From a virus: a DNA stretch of 64,000 nt. The notes below the pieces were generated by a model. The model saw nothing but the letters and a program-made list of their open reading frames with translations, was not told the DNA's origin and did no database searches. Positions within the stretch are counted from its first letter, which is position 1; each line of letters starts with the position of its first letter. Shown here piece by piece: positions 21,801-29,700 of the stretch. Location: IMG/VR virus record IMGVR_UViG_3300030107_004520, positions 4,092-68,091 of that record. One strand, written 5' to 3'. Both the position numbers and the translations under genes were made by a program.

Positions 21801-24011
21801 TTTTCCTAACGCTTTAGTTATAACTTTAAGATCTTCCTCTTCTATATCTAAATCCTCTATTATTCCCGCGTTACTTCTTGCTAAGGATAATAATCGATCA
21901 ACACGACCACCATGCTCCCTGTATCCATTTAAATGGTAATTATACTCTTTTACCAAGCTGTCTATTTCTTCTTGAGCGCCTTCTACTTCCCACCCGGAAA
22001 CAAAATCTCTACCTTTTATTTTTTCTATTTCAGCAATTATATCCGTATTTTCTAAGTAGTTAATATGCGTGTTTAGTTGTTTTTTAACGTCATTTATTTC
22101 AACTTCCAAAATATTATGCTTACGCATTGCCATTTCTTTTTCTTCGCTTAACGCATCACCCCGCTCTTTAGCTTGCGCCTCTAACACTTTTTGATATTCT
22201 GATTTTGTAAAAACACCACCATCAAAATCTTCAATAGTATCTTTTAGTCTTTCTTGCATTACAGCCTCTGCCTCATCCTCAGAATGCCTTTTAATAGCCG
22301 CGTCGTAAACATCGTCAAATGTTATTTCTTCCATTAACGCTCTAACACCTTCATGTGCACCTTTTAACTCAAATTCCTTACCCTCTAACTCTCCTTCTCC
22401 AACAAGTTTTTCCTTCAAAAGGTCACCAAGTTGGCCAATTGGACTTTCGCTAAGTAATTTTTGGGTAGAATCTAAACCTACCACTTCCCAAGTTCCCTCA
22501 ATTTCTCCAATTAACAATTTACTAAGCTGTAAATACTCAGTTGTATTCGCTTTTTGCCAAGCTTCATCGTTTAAATCTATATTGTTTTCCTTTATATATC
22601 TCTTAGCCGCTAGTATTCTTTTTTCTTTTTGTATTGCTTCTCTAACACCTTTATCAATTTTTGGATCTGACCTTTTATAAGTCGCTTTACCAGCAGCTGC
22701 CAAAGGCTGGTCTTCCAAGCTAGATTTAATAACACCCTGTTTTAATACTCTAATCTCAGTAGTAATTTCTTTTAATCTTTTTTCCTTAGCTTCTTTTCCA
22801 CCCTCCCAATCATAATCTACACGGCCATCTTTAATTGCTTTTAACTCTTTCTCTAATTCAAAAAGTCGTTCTATATCTTCTCTTGAATTGTCAATTGCGT
22901 TTGTACTATTTGTTTTAATTTGCTCAAGATCGTCCTTAGAAGGCGTTACACTCTTTGCTATGGTTGTAATCTCACCTTGTACTTTACCCTTTTTATAAGC
23001 TTCAACGTCAATAGCGTGCTCTTGTAAAAATGCGTTTATATGATCTGCTGCTTTTTGATTGTTTGCTTTACCCCAACGATCAACCCTTACACCTTCCTTA
23101 CCATCTTCGTCATCATAAATTCTCTTGCCATCCCAAGATTCTATATATAATCTATCTCCAGCAGATTTACCTTCTGAAGATGTTTGTGAAAATGTAAATC
23201 CATATTTATTATACATTTCACCAAAATCTGTAACAGACTTAGACTCATCTTTCCACGTGCTTCCATATCCACCTTGCTCAGCTGTAACTTTTGGTAGATC
23301 TTTTCCATCTACTCTAACACTTTTCTTCAACTCTTCGTCCTCCTGTTCTTTCCTAACACTTTCCATAACAGCGGTTTGCTCTGTAAAGTAATCTAAGTAT
23401 TCTTGATCTTTAGTATCTATATCCGCTACATCAATACCCTTTTGTTTAGCGTAATTTTCTCTTACCTGCTCAGCTTCCAATTGTTCTTGTTGGAAAGTTT
23501 GTTCACCATGTTCAACCCAATACCCGACTCTTTGATTACTTATCTCCTCTGATAAAGCTAAACCTCTATTATAATCTTCCTCAGATAAAGAACCCTGTAT
23601 ACCGGGCTCATATAAACTATCCCATTGCTCTTTAGTATATTGTCCTCCCTTATCATCAAAAGTGAATGTATCATCTTTTAAAGAAACTTTTATTTTTCTA
23701 TCACCTTTAAAATTAGGTCCGTGATATGCGAACGCGGGTCTCTCTTTCTTAACCTCCTGCTCTTGTCGCTGCTCTTGTATTGCGTTTTGTACTTCTTGTT
23801 GTGTTGTTGTGGGTTTTGGTGTGCCTAAAACATTATTTTTCCATGTATCGAGGTCATTATCTATATAACCATTACCTACAAGCCATTTATGTATATTAGC
23901 TTGTTTTGCAGGATCAGCAGTCATATTAGCTTTCCACGTAGTGTAATCGTTGTCGATTGCACCCATGTTAGATAATGTTCTATGTATATTTTGTAATTTT
24001 TCCTCGTTCAT
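12879..24011 (-). CDS. 3710-aa giant internal-virion/ejection (polyvalent) protein
   Basis: Position after tail and internal virion genes; HEFVH zincin motif; P-loop GGAGSGKS; HAD DFDDT; two C-terminal C3H Zn-finger-like repeats. Confidence 0.7.
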   Translation of the reverse strand: MNEEKLQNIHRTLSNMGAIDNDYTTWKANMTADPAKQANIHKWLVGNGYIDNDLDTWKNNVLGTPKPTTTQQEVQNAIQEQRQEQEVKKERPAFAYHGPNFKGDRKIKVSLKDDTFTFDDKGGQYTKEQWDSLYEPGIQGSLSEEDYNRGLALSEEISNQRVGYWVEHGEQTFQQEQLEAEQVRENYAKQKGIDVADIDTKDQEYLDYFTEQTAVMESVRKEQEDEELKKSVRVDGKDLPKVTAEQGGYGSTWKDESKSVTDFGEMYNKYGFTFSQTSSEGKSAGDRLYIESWDGKRIYDDEDGKEGVRVDRWGKANNQKAADHINAFLQEHAIDVEAYKKGKVQGEITTIAKSVTPSKDDLEQIKTNSTNAIDNSREDIERLFELEKELKAIKDGRVDYDWEGGKEAKEKRLKEITTEIRVLKQGVIKSSLEDQPLAAAGKATYKRSDPKIDKGVREAIQKEKRILAAKRYIKENNIDLNDEAWQKANTTEYLQLSKLLIGEIEGTWEVVGLDSTQKLLSESPIGQLGDLLKEKLVGEGELEGKEFELKGAHEGVRALMEEITFDDVYDAAIKRHSEDEAEAVMQERLKDTIEDFDGGVFTKSEYQKVLEAQAKERGDALSEEKEMAMRKHNILEVEINDVKKQLNTHINYLENTDIIAEIEKIKGRDFVSGWEVEGAQEEIDSLVKEYNYHLNGYREHGGRVDRLLSLARSNAGIIEDLDIEEEDLKVITKALGKNYQDGTGIALATANGLVDLLQGLEYSVAMISEAVDRGSKWIMDSANIEDPTLKAFLTGTTTLLSPLAMYHDMGSGPEGEPGWRQKMHKSIDGWQENMAELVEQPIAYDSIDSFSDFTEWAGQMLGGQIPNLALMYATGGASLYVMGASSAGSKFADYQEQKELFEQTKGLYGKDISFAEMFLYSSGVGLAEALSEKVTLGQMKTMKGALKSVGGRQGLAKYLRTNVFNKQALLAGGVDIFQEGGSEMLASMAENMADYYSGDKTVSLYDNLEEAFVSGVLISTSMKSMPVFKQLMSPFKSQETSTTMDANFARIQEIQNMMTDQNLSKEVEDRLSDELAQIIQQNTELVTNDIKRVDLLSNSEKRSLLDIESDNRQLQQAAQEIYNDTGLTDQQKAAEVSKIEDIYNRNLTKKQEILDKHSVELAKEKYAQTMESIRDRADEVRKAGGPSINVQEGNTKDFETFLANTNDNLMEQTYREGLAVGMQEVLADPNATTEEKAQAQSYLDQLQDGVIQEIPNMIAGQASRYGVMVPVMNEAGEITSYDMFVNKETSLEDGMFHTGAHEFVHATFYNTLKQDGNAALALAGPLMEILESDDVTIKDQDTWNARVQGYRAEQQGEEAFAVSSEMMMDNDIEFNDNAITKVKDIFRRFSQNYLGRDIKFDTKEDVKNFIKDYHHSIKNNVQNKALTRMIVSGAKGKLIDDAKAALQKKDADRADRMAFSKNVDQAVENNPDLKDTFDTFTQNEDGSKKFNSKAEWRSSETFWNAYTALDGKHLDGLIRAGVTAKGVPSEAMPQFVSDVKVELQNRLEKNFDPSMANGSLFGWLTGGSGKFTESILYRAKGDVMVKYGVEPKTTPIERVTETGEVITAQIAAETDAATQILDNADLSGVQKPDIGVKNLMKSLSVNDTQVATIRKINPKFSDIYRRTKSEIGKDLKRRQAEDARKAKENNVPVNEALQNMTVDGLQSQINSAFAAEAVKHVVRESKVNSKDAKTYKGVKKLVVGKNAPLRQVLDVVGSLYGIPSSKIIEQKDLDTAQRKSAQNHILKTTDTQIASLPEGHNASGKATGVPPTLLNAVNPKTGKPDLLYEKRAKAKFAKTGSAQGLALQYKQKNIDRGDFQSLFGIVKGQPNANDTSVDGAIRNLAIQNTMLAANQALREIGIEKGVDPLETINIIGDGKSDLFFSQPAAAVRYNGTADIGLVVQEMLEIKDLRLDPQQAVELAAQKHGLQVADFGNAAGFINSVIKKHQIKVTEKGAYKSIIELSDVKQNSDVIYSKNWNDFLKTLGIPGLTPLDKTNPKDRAIYKRHTAQFLTTLPSAALTNVMFFNNTFQSGTRGDFFSTSGEVKALALAEMNRRRKDKNFVEPKTNIKWDKVSFQSKFAGKIQNISIKFGDPTSPDYIKNESKRVQTVIRAVNEIRNKQKSDPVEVKKAEELMYRSLMEYMNTPKTNYFGTAALAKTKTVDKADALERQRFVVSTLQDATNRSASIFKGSANFTAMSMTPSNVTKFSGKKARQKVMKDYNLSKKAARLINNPKDPKVKAKERAVFEAEIQNKLKQKAKENGISIKELRQQIRGTMQKRKSHHGEHDLALLLTSTNLFKSMIDGNFDTVYPKVSKYYTQTALNEDFRILVDGLFGKTGNAEGYSFGMMPAIRFVAVDPKLANDIVLFDYGATLNDVIAAELALKELKGEFMPLVKQIKEAAGDNLNVINKNKEKISKNVDLKNARAELIASAYNEVSNNQPPQRSSVDAVHLTNKVNNIDNINKIKKNAGAVSPLVTPEMTMEDQLSVVDNLKQAKLQFSKSKPSPKPKGASFWDFDDTLARTKSGVRAKIPNTDGTPKPGRKVIFLAGGAGSGKSSVVKKVGLQKQGYKLVNSDISLEWLKKNHGLPASMKDYTREQLSMLGKLQGESRRIAKRKKAKYQGNGDGVIIDGTGASVNVMNKQVKEFKDKGYDVAMMFVETSEDVSVDRNAKRKERSLREDIVRKNHKKVMANKEAYSELFGQNFNLVNTDSLALEDALPQDFVGGINNFTNSYENRRLDAEEFAAEGADIVAQGGTFDFAEFDTVVEGEKGPMFNQAKDRVAKYGDKSNFVLTARPHAAQPHIHAFLKSQGINIPIENVITLENSTPEAKALKIAEMIGDQGYNDIYFADDALINVNSVQDVLNQFDIKGKSQQAKLQFSKDAPKKLDNIISEVKPSVDAEFNQIMQDVFGVGKERRFTAAKAKVRGAKVERFKFFIPPSAEDFAGLCYSFFGKGKQGDKHHAWFKEHLFDPFSRGIRAINMAKQNLANDFSTLKKMMPKVRKILRKDVPGTEFSHENAVRVYNWNKAGYDMTEFGLSKTDQAALIKAVEKNPDLQAFAENVSAMVNHNADGIIEPTQEWLVGNIRSDLDYSSQASRENFLAEWKANKDIIFSPANLNKIQATLGDNFREALEDMLYAMENGTSRPYGSNKLVNNFMNWINGSIGAVMNFNTRSGVLQTLSTVNFINWGDNNIFKAAKAFGNQKQFWSDFANIFNSPYLKQRRTGLKQDVNANELAQSIKDAKNPAVAAIGYFLKKGFVITQIMDSFAISMGGASMYRNRIKTYLEQGMTQKDAEAKAWNDFMEVSEETQQSARPDRVSQQQRSALGKLVLAFQNTPMQYARLTKKAILDLVNNRGDAKTNVSKILYYGAAQNLIFYSLQSAMFGLMFGGDDEEDEEFFDSKKERIVNSMIDGVLRGMGVAGAVVSTAKNMILEFMEQEGKRQPDHAHTLIEMLNLSPPIGIKARKLYGATQTWEYNEDVIKEMGWDIDNPIYSSVFGVVEATTNIPLQRMYSKLMNVREAMNSDHELWQRIAMFLGWSQWNLGIKNEEIEQVKQEIKEQKTFARKEKARIKKEEQQQVIQDDINAQVEEEKKLFEEGKLDDPKCNGVTSKGGRCGLSVAKPGDKCTIHESKPQRTDGKKVRCKGTRSDGGPCGIDTSNKSGYCFYHD

Positions 24012-24023
24012 GTTTTAATTATA

Positions 24024-25232
24024 TTAACCACCTAATGCTGATTTTTTTTCTGCATACGTACCGCTACCAGACATTACCTGCTTACGTGTTCCTCTTCCTT
24101 TATCAAAATTCTGCTTATTTATTAAGGTCATATATTCTGCTAAATAACCTTTTGCTGTTTCAAAATTTTCTGGTTCCATCATTAGGGCTACTACAGCATT
24201 TTTATCCTCTATTGATAACTGCATAAATTCTTGTGGATCTATCTTACCATCTTCTGCCGCTTTATCAGCATCAGAGGAAAGATTCGCAGCACCAGCAAAA
24301 GATTGACCAGGTGGACCTAATTTAATATCACTTTTTGGTGTAATTGTACTAAACTCTGGATGATCGAGTACCGTTTGAGCAAATGGCTTGGCGCCGAACA
24401 TGTCATCATAGAATAGAGATCTTATATTGTTTTTGTTTATTAGTTTTGAGTTTTTATGATACACCTCTCCTTCATTCCAAGCTAAAGATTCCTCATTAAC
24501 ATCTCCAGACGGATCTTTCTTTCCAGCTTCTAAAAATGATTTATTAGATAGAGCAAACTGTTCAGCCTCATTAGTAGCTTTCATATTATTTGCCATCATA
24601 TCATTAAGGTCTTGAAGGCGTACTTCTTTATCTAACCCATGCGGACCTTTTATTTTAAAATACACCTCATTTTCATCATCAACAGCTATTTCATAAGTTC
24701 CGGGTTCTTGAGAATTTAATGCCATCATTACATGCCTATCTTCATCAGACAACGATGCGCTGTATACTTTATTCTCCCAAGCATCTTGATTTTCTAAAAA
24801 AGCTGTTTTCCAACCCTGTATAGATGCTGACCTTTGCTGTTGTTGTTTTAAGATTTTTTCAGCTCCAATTGTATCTTCGGCTTCTACGGCAGCCAAATAA
24901 TCATCTTTATATTTTGCCTCATTAGTAGCAAACATCTCAAACAACTCCGGTGTAGCCCATGAACTTCTTGCTCCAAACTTTTCAAAACTTGCATTCCAAC
25001 CTTCTTCGAGTTTATAGCGATCTTCCTCCGCTTTCCTAGCCTCTTCCTCCGCTTTCTTAGCTTCTTCCTTCCTTGCTGTATCTATACCTATAAGGCCTTT
25101 GGATATAGTCTTACCTACTTTCTCAAGACCAAACTCCCCTGCCATTCTATCTTTACCAGCTGCTTTAACCCTGTTGAGTATATCAGCTGATAACGAATAA
25201 TCTAATGTTCTACTTGCTGCTTGTTTTGCCAT
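24024..25232 (-). CDS. Putative internal virion (ejection) protein
   Basis: Helical, A/E/K-rich; lies between tail genes and the giant protein. Confidence 0.5.
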   Translation of the reverse strand: MAKQAASRTLDYSLSADILNRVKAAGKDRMAGEFGLEKVGKTISKGLIGIDTARKEEAKKAEEEARKAEEDRYKLEEGWNASFEKFGARSSWATPELFEMFATNEAKYKDDYLAAVEAEDTIGAEKILKQQQQRSASIQGWKTAFLENQDAWENKVYSASLSDEDRHVMMALNSQEPGTYEIAVDDENEVYFKIKGPHGLDKEVRLQDLNDMMANNMKATNEAEQFALSNKSFLEAGKKDPSGDVNEESLAWNEGEVYHKNSKLINKNNIRSLFYDDMFGAKPFAQTVLDHPEFSTITPKSDIKLGPPGQSFAGAANLSSDADKAAEDGKIDPQEFMQLSIEDKNAVVALMMEPENFETAKGYLAEYMTLINKQNFDKGRGTRKQVMSGSGTYAEKKSALGG

Positions 25233-25250
25233 AATTTACTTTTTATTTTT

Positions 25251-25886
25251 TTATTTCGTAGTTCCTCCTAAAGGAGCGCCTCCACCCGCATAACTCATCC
25301 CTGCTTTTCCAACATCACTCATACCCGCCCACATCTGTTCGTTGTATTCTTTTTGGGCAAGTTTAGCGTTACTAATCTCATCAGCGGTCATACCCATCAT
25401 TCCTGATATTTTCCCATGCTCAGCTTGTCTGCTAATTAACTCACCTTCTCTTTGTAAATCTTGTAATCTACCTGCTTCTTTCTTTATTTCTAACTGATTA
25501 GCTGATTCCTGCTTACCTATTGACACAGATGCTTTTTGAGCATCTATAGAACCTTGATTTACTAAAGTTTGTGCTAACGCTGCAATACCAGAAGATCCTG
25601 CTGATTGTCGCATTTGTTGTAGTACATTTGCTTGTTGTTGCATTTGTTGCTGCTTCATAAACTCAGCCTCTTGTTGGTTTATAGTTAAATCTTCCATAGT
25701 GTTCTCCATATTTAAATACGGATTACTCGTGTCCAAACTAGCAAACATGGTTTTTTGTTTATCTAACTCTTTTTGTGCCGCTATGGCTTCCTCTTTTGCT
25801 TTTTTTGCTTTTATACCCCCAGATATAGCTTTAGCCACTCCGACTCCAGCGGTAACTACAGCTGCTCCTGCTAATAAAAACGACAT
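25251..25886 (-). CDS. Putative internal virion (pilot-like) protein
   Basis: Hydrophobic Gly/Ala N-terminus and Q/A-rich coiled coil, typical of podovirus ejection proteins. Confidence 0.6.
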   Translation of the reverse strand: MSFLLAGAAVVTAGVGVAKAISGGIKAKKAKEEAIAAQKELDKQKTMFASLDTSNPYLNMENTMEDLTINQQEAEFMKQQQMQQQANVLQQMRQSAGSSGIAALAQTLVNQGSIDAQKASVSIGKQESANQLEIKKEAGRLQDLQREGELISRQAEHGKISGMMGMTADEISNAKLAQKEYNEQMWAGMSDVGKAGMSYAGGGAPLGGTTK

Positions 25887-25889
25887 AAT

Positions 25890-26363
25890 TTATTTTTTTT
25901 GATTAATATATTCTTCATATTCTTTAAAATTTTTTGCTACTATATTCTTTTCTAACTGTTCAATATCCTGAGTATTAGTAGGATTTTTATGGACATTTAC
26001 AAATATAGAATCTTCTTTTGCATATATAACTCTTTTTGTTCCAGGACTAGCCACCACATAACATGGTGCTATATATTCTTCGTCAGCATCTTCAGTTACA
26101 ACATAAATATTACCTGTTAGTAAAAACCAAACATGCAGATGTTTATGTATAGCTCCCACGACTAAAGTACCCGCGCCCATAGACATTTGCCTAACATATA
26201 TCTCGTCAGCAAATGTATGTTTTAAAGGAAACAAGTGAGAGTCTTGATGTGTAACTATATTTACTTCATCTGCATTATCAACTAAGATATTTTGTAATTG
26301 CAATATTTTATCTCTTTTGCTTAATGATATTTCATTATCATCAGCTTTTTTAATTTTACCCAT
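25890..26363 (-). CDS. Cupin-fold protein
   Basis: HTFADEIYVRQM...GAIHKHLH...PGTKR...NVH. Confidence 0.65.
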   Translation of the reverse strand: MGKIKKADDNEISLSKRDKILQLQNILVDNADEVNIVTHQDSHLFPLKHTFADEIYVRQMSMGAGTLVVGAIHKHLHVWFLLTGNIYVVTEDADEEYIAPCYVVASPGTKRVIYAKEDSIFVNVHKNPTNTQDIEQLEKNIVAKNFKEYEEYINQKK

Positions 26364-26384
26364 TTAATTTAATTTATTACAATA

Positions 26385-26415
26385 GTATAGTTACACTTTT
26401 TAGCGATTATTTACT
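26385..26415 (-). promoter_or_regulatory. Candidate middle/late promoter
   Basis: AGTAAAT-N13-TGTAACTATAC; same spacing as at 53669-53700 and 63510-63541. Confidence 0.5.
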
Positions 26416-26778
26416 ACTAAGGAAAGTATCTACACCAACACTAAACAATTCAGCATCATCTGTTGAAGCATTGTTATTTTTAAACTGAACACTTAAGTAA
26501 TAACCCAACATACTACTTAAATTAGCTTTGTTATCTTTACTAAACAATACAAATTTAGTAGACCCATGTAGATTTGTTGATATCGATGTATTTATAACTA
26601 TCGTCGGTGCGTCTGAAGTAGAATTGTTTATAGTTTTAATAACACCTATTTCTTGTACAGCATTACTATTTATTGTAAAACCACCTGAACTGCTAGTATC
26701 TACCCAGTAAGCTGTATCACCAACTTGACAAGATGTGTTTAGTGGAGCTGAAAATGTTAATGTTAAATCTACTGCCAT
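26407..26778 (-). CDS. Tail-associated structural protein
   Basis: LNTSCQVGD...ANLSSMLGYY...ELFSV; follows the large tail gene. Confidence 0.55.
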   Translation of the reverse strand: MAVDLTLTFSAPLNTSCQVGDTAYWVDTSSSGGFTINSNAVQEIGVIKTINNSTSDAPTIVINTSISTNLHGSTKFVLFSKDNKANLSSMLGYYLSVQFKNNNASTDDAELFSVGVDTFLSSK

Positions 26779-26787
26779 AATTTATTT

Positions 26788-29700
26788 TTAAGAGTTATTT
26801 ATAAAATTATCTATATATATGTGAGCAGCTGTAGCTGTCTCGCTATTACCAAGTCCGCCTACGTGTAATAATCCTTGAACCTTAGTGTTAGATCCACTCA
26901 TGACTGCTGATATATCTATAACCTTTATACCACTATGATTTGAATAGAAGCTTAGAGATTCATTATCAGCTATAGTGTTTGTTTTACTCAATACTAGAGT
27001 TGTAGCATTAGTAACACTGCTAACAGTAGTATCGCTAGCAACACCAGTTCCAGTAACAGTCATACCAGCAACAGCACCATCTGTATCATCTAAAACAACA
27101 GTTGCACTCTCAGTAACAACACCATTAGTTTGAAGTAGTCTATTATCAAAACCACCAACATCTGAAGCAGTTGGTTGTCTACCAACACCGCTAGATATAC
27201 TTAACGTTCTACCTTCAGTAGGTGTTACTGTAAAATCGAACGCTATAATAGCCGATGTGTTTCTTTCAAATGTAAGTGTTGTTCCATTAGCAACACTACA
27301 AGCTGTAGATATTGTAACTGTTCTTTTTCTTACACTACTAACAGTAACTCCATATGTTATGCCAGTACCTAACACATACATTCCAGGTTGGATTTTTGGG
27401 TTTTCTTTAGTTAACGTTATTGTCGTACCAGAGCTACCACCGTTACCACCTGTTTCAACAAAATTAACTCTCCTAAGACCACCAAACGTTTTCTCGCCAT
27501 ATTCTATAGGAGCTTTTATCGTTACCGCTGAAGGCATTGCACCAAAATTGCTAGTATGATTGTGTGTTTTTGGTTGTAATGTTACAGTATTAATACCATA
27601 CTGCGTTATACTAGCATCTTCAAAGTTAGTTGGCACCCCACTCGCTAGTGTAACTCCACTTCCTGCAGATAAAACTATATCATATCTTACTTTAGCTGTC
27701 GTTGTACCAGGTATAAGTATATGGTGAGTTGTGAGACCACTACTTCCAACAGTTGTTGTTAAATTTTGAGAATTTCCAGCTGAAGTTATATTCGCTAAAG
27801 TCTCAAACTCATTCTCTGTAAAATCATAGTACTTAGCAATAGTATTTTTTACTGGATCGCTATGCTGCGTTATTCTTATAGTATATTCACTACCACTAGC
27901 GCCTCTAACAGTAACAGGTACTTCTTGCGCTATATGTGATATTTCTGCTGGATAACTAACTCTAGTTATTTTGTTTGTAAACGTCTCGTTTTGTCTAAGT
28001 ACAAATTGGAATTGAGCTATATGGTTTAATTCACATAAACTTGGTGGATCTGGACTTAACCCATTTGTCTGTCCTGGTGTATAATATATCTTGTAAACAA
28101 GCTTTGTTGTACCAGCCGTTGAAGTTGTGGGTGTTATTGTATAATTATATTGGGAAGAGTAATCGACACCTCCATTCGTTAAATTATTAAAAGATAATCC
28201 CCAACCTTCATATTTATAACCACTACTAGCTGTAAATGATATTTCAGCAATTTTAGTAGAAACATTGTCGGTTACTGTTCCTGAATGTAAGTTTTTAGTT
28301 GTACCACTAGAAACACCATTGTCTACTACAGAGTTACCTAAACCAGTTGGAGCACTTGTTATAGATACCGTATGACCAGTTGAATAATAAGGATAATAGG
28401 TTCTTAAACAAGCATCTCTTCTAGGTATAATAGGAGCACTCTCCTCATCTATATCTATATAATAAGAAGTATTCGAAGTTGGACATGTAAACGAACCAAC
28501 GGCTACTCTAGCCCTAACTGTATTTGCTGGATCACCAGCTATACCTAAATCAGTAAACGTTACGCCGGTAATAGGAGAATCTACGTTACCACCGTTCCAT
28601 ACGCCACTACCACTACTAGTTTCTGAAGCTCCACCAATTTGAAAATCAGCAGCTGTTAAAACATATCCAGACCAAATACCATTAATAATAGGTGTTATTA
28701 CTAAGTCAACATTTTGACCACTAACAGTAGCACCTACAGTTTGTGTTTGAGTTACGTCTGCAACTGTCCATTTTAATCCTTCTGCAGAAACCACAGAAGA
28801 ACTATCCCAAGCGCCACCACTTCCATCAATACCAACATAACTAGAACTTGTGTTATTAGCAAATGTTAATGTTACAGCGGTTGTATCTGGATCAGTACCA
28901 CTACCACCGCCAACAAAAGAAAACGAGGCGTTACCTAATCCTTGAACAGTAAATTCTCTTTCATCTAAATTACTTAACTCTGTTGTTTCTCCAGAAGTAA
29001 CACCAAACCATTTACCTTCTTTTTCTTTAAACTCTATAACTCTACCTGTTTGTTTGTCTGTTATCATTTTACCAGCAGGTATATACCAACCAGTTTTAGC
29101 TGATAAATTAAAATATTCATTGTGTGCTGCGGCTGTAGAAGATATAGAGTTACCAGCAGCATCTGCTATAGATGTTGTAGATGGATTATAAATTCTAGCT
29201 TGCGTACCTTCATAATTAACAGTGTTAAAACTTTTAACAGCTTCCGGTGTATCGTTAAATAATATTGTTATATCCGACTCGTAAGCCGCACCATAAAAAC
29301 TATTTCTATTTACAGTTGAATCATGGTGTTTCCATAACTGTCCTTGGTAAAATGTATAATAATCGTTATTTAAACTAAGACCATTTTCTGGAGTAAATGA
29401 TTTAAAACTAGACCAACCTTTTGCTCTTTCACTGTAACTAACAGTAGTGTACGTAGCTTGCTTTTGTCCATTTGAATATTTTTTACCAAAAGTTAAGTTA
29501 TACTCATGTTTCTTTTCATCGTAAGTTCCTAACGCGCTCCATACGTAACTTTTTAGTTCATCTGCAAAATAATCTTTCATACCAAGATCTGATATTGATC
29601 TTACACCTTCTCCAGATAAAGCTAACACTTGACCTCTAATTATATCTGCAAAATAAATTTGTTGAGGTGTTGCTACAAAAGATTCTGGATTCTTGGATAT

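Noticed and set aside
12879-24011. crAss-like virion RNA polymerase in the giant protein
   Set aside because: No DxDxD catalytic motif in RNAP context was seen; DFDDT fits HAD motif I and has matching downstream HAD motifs
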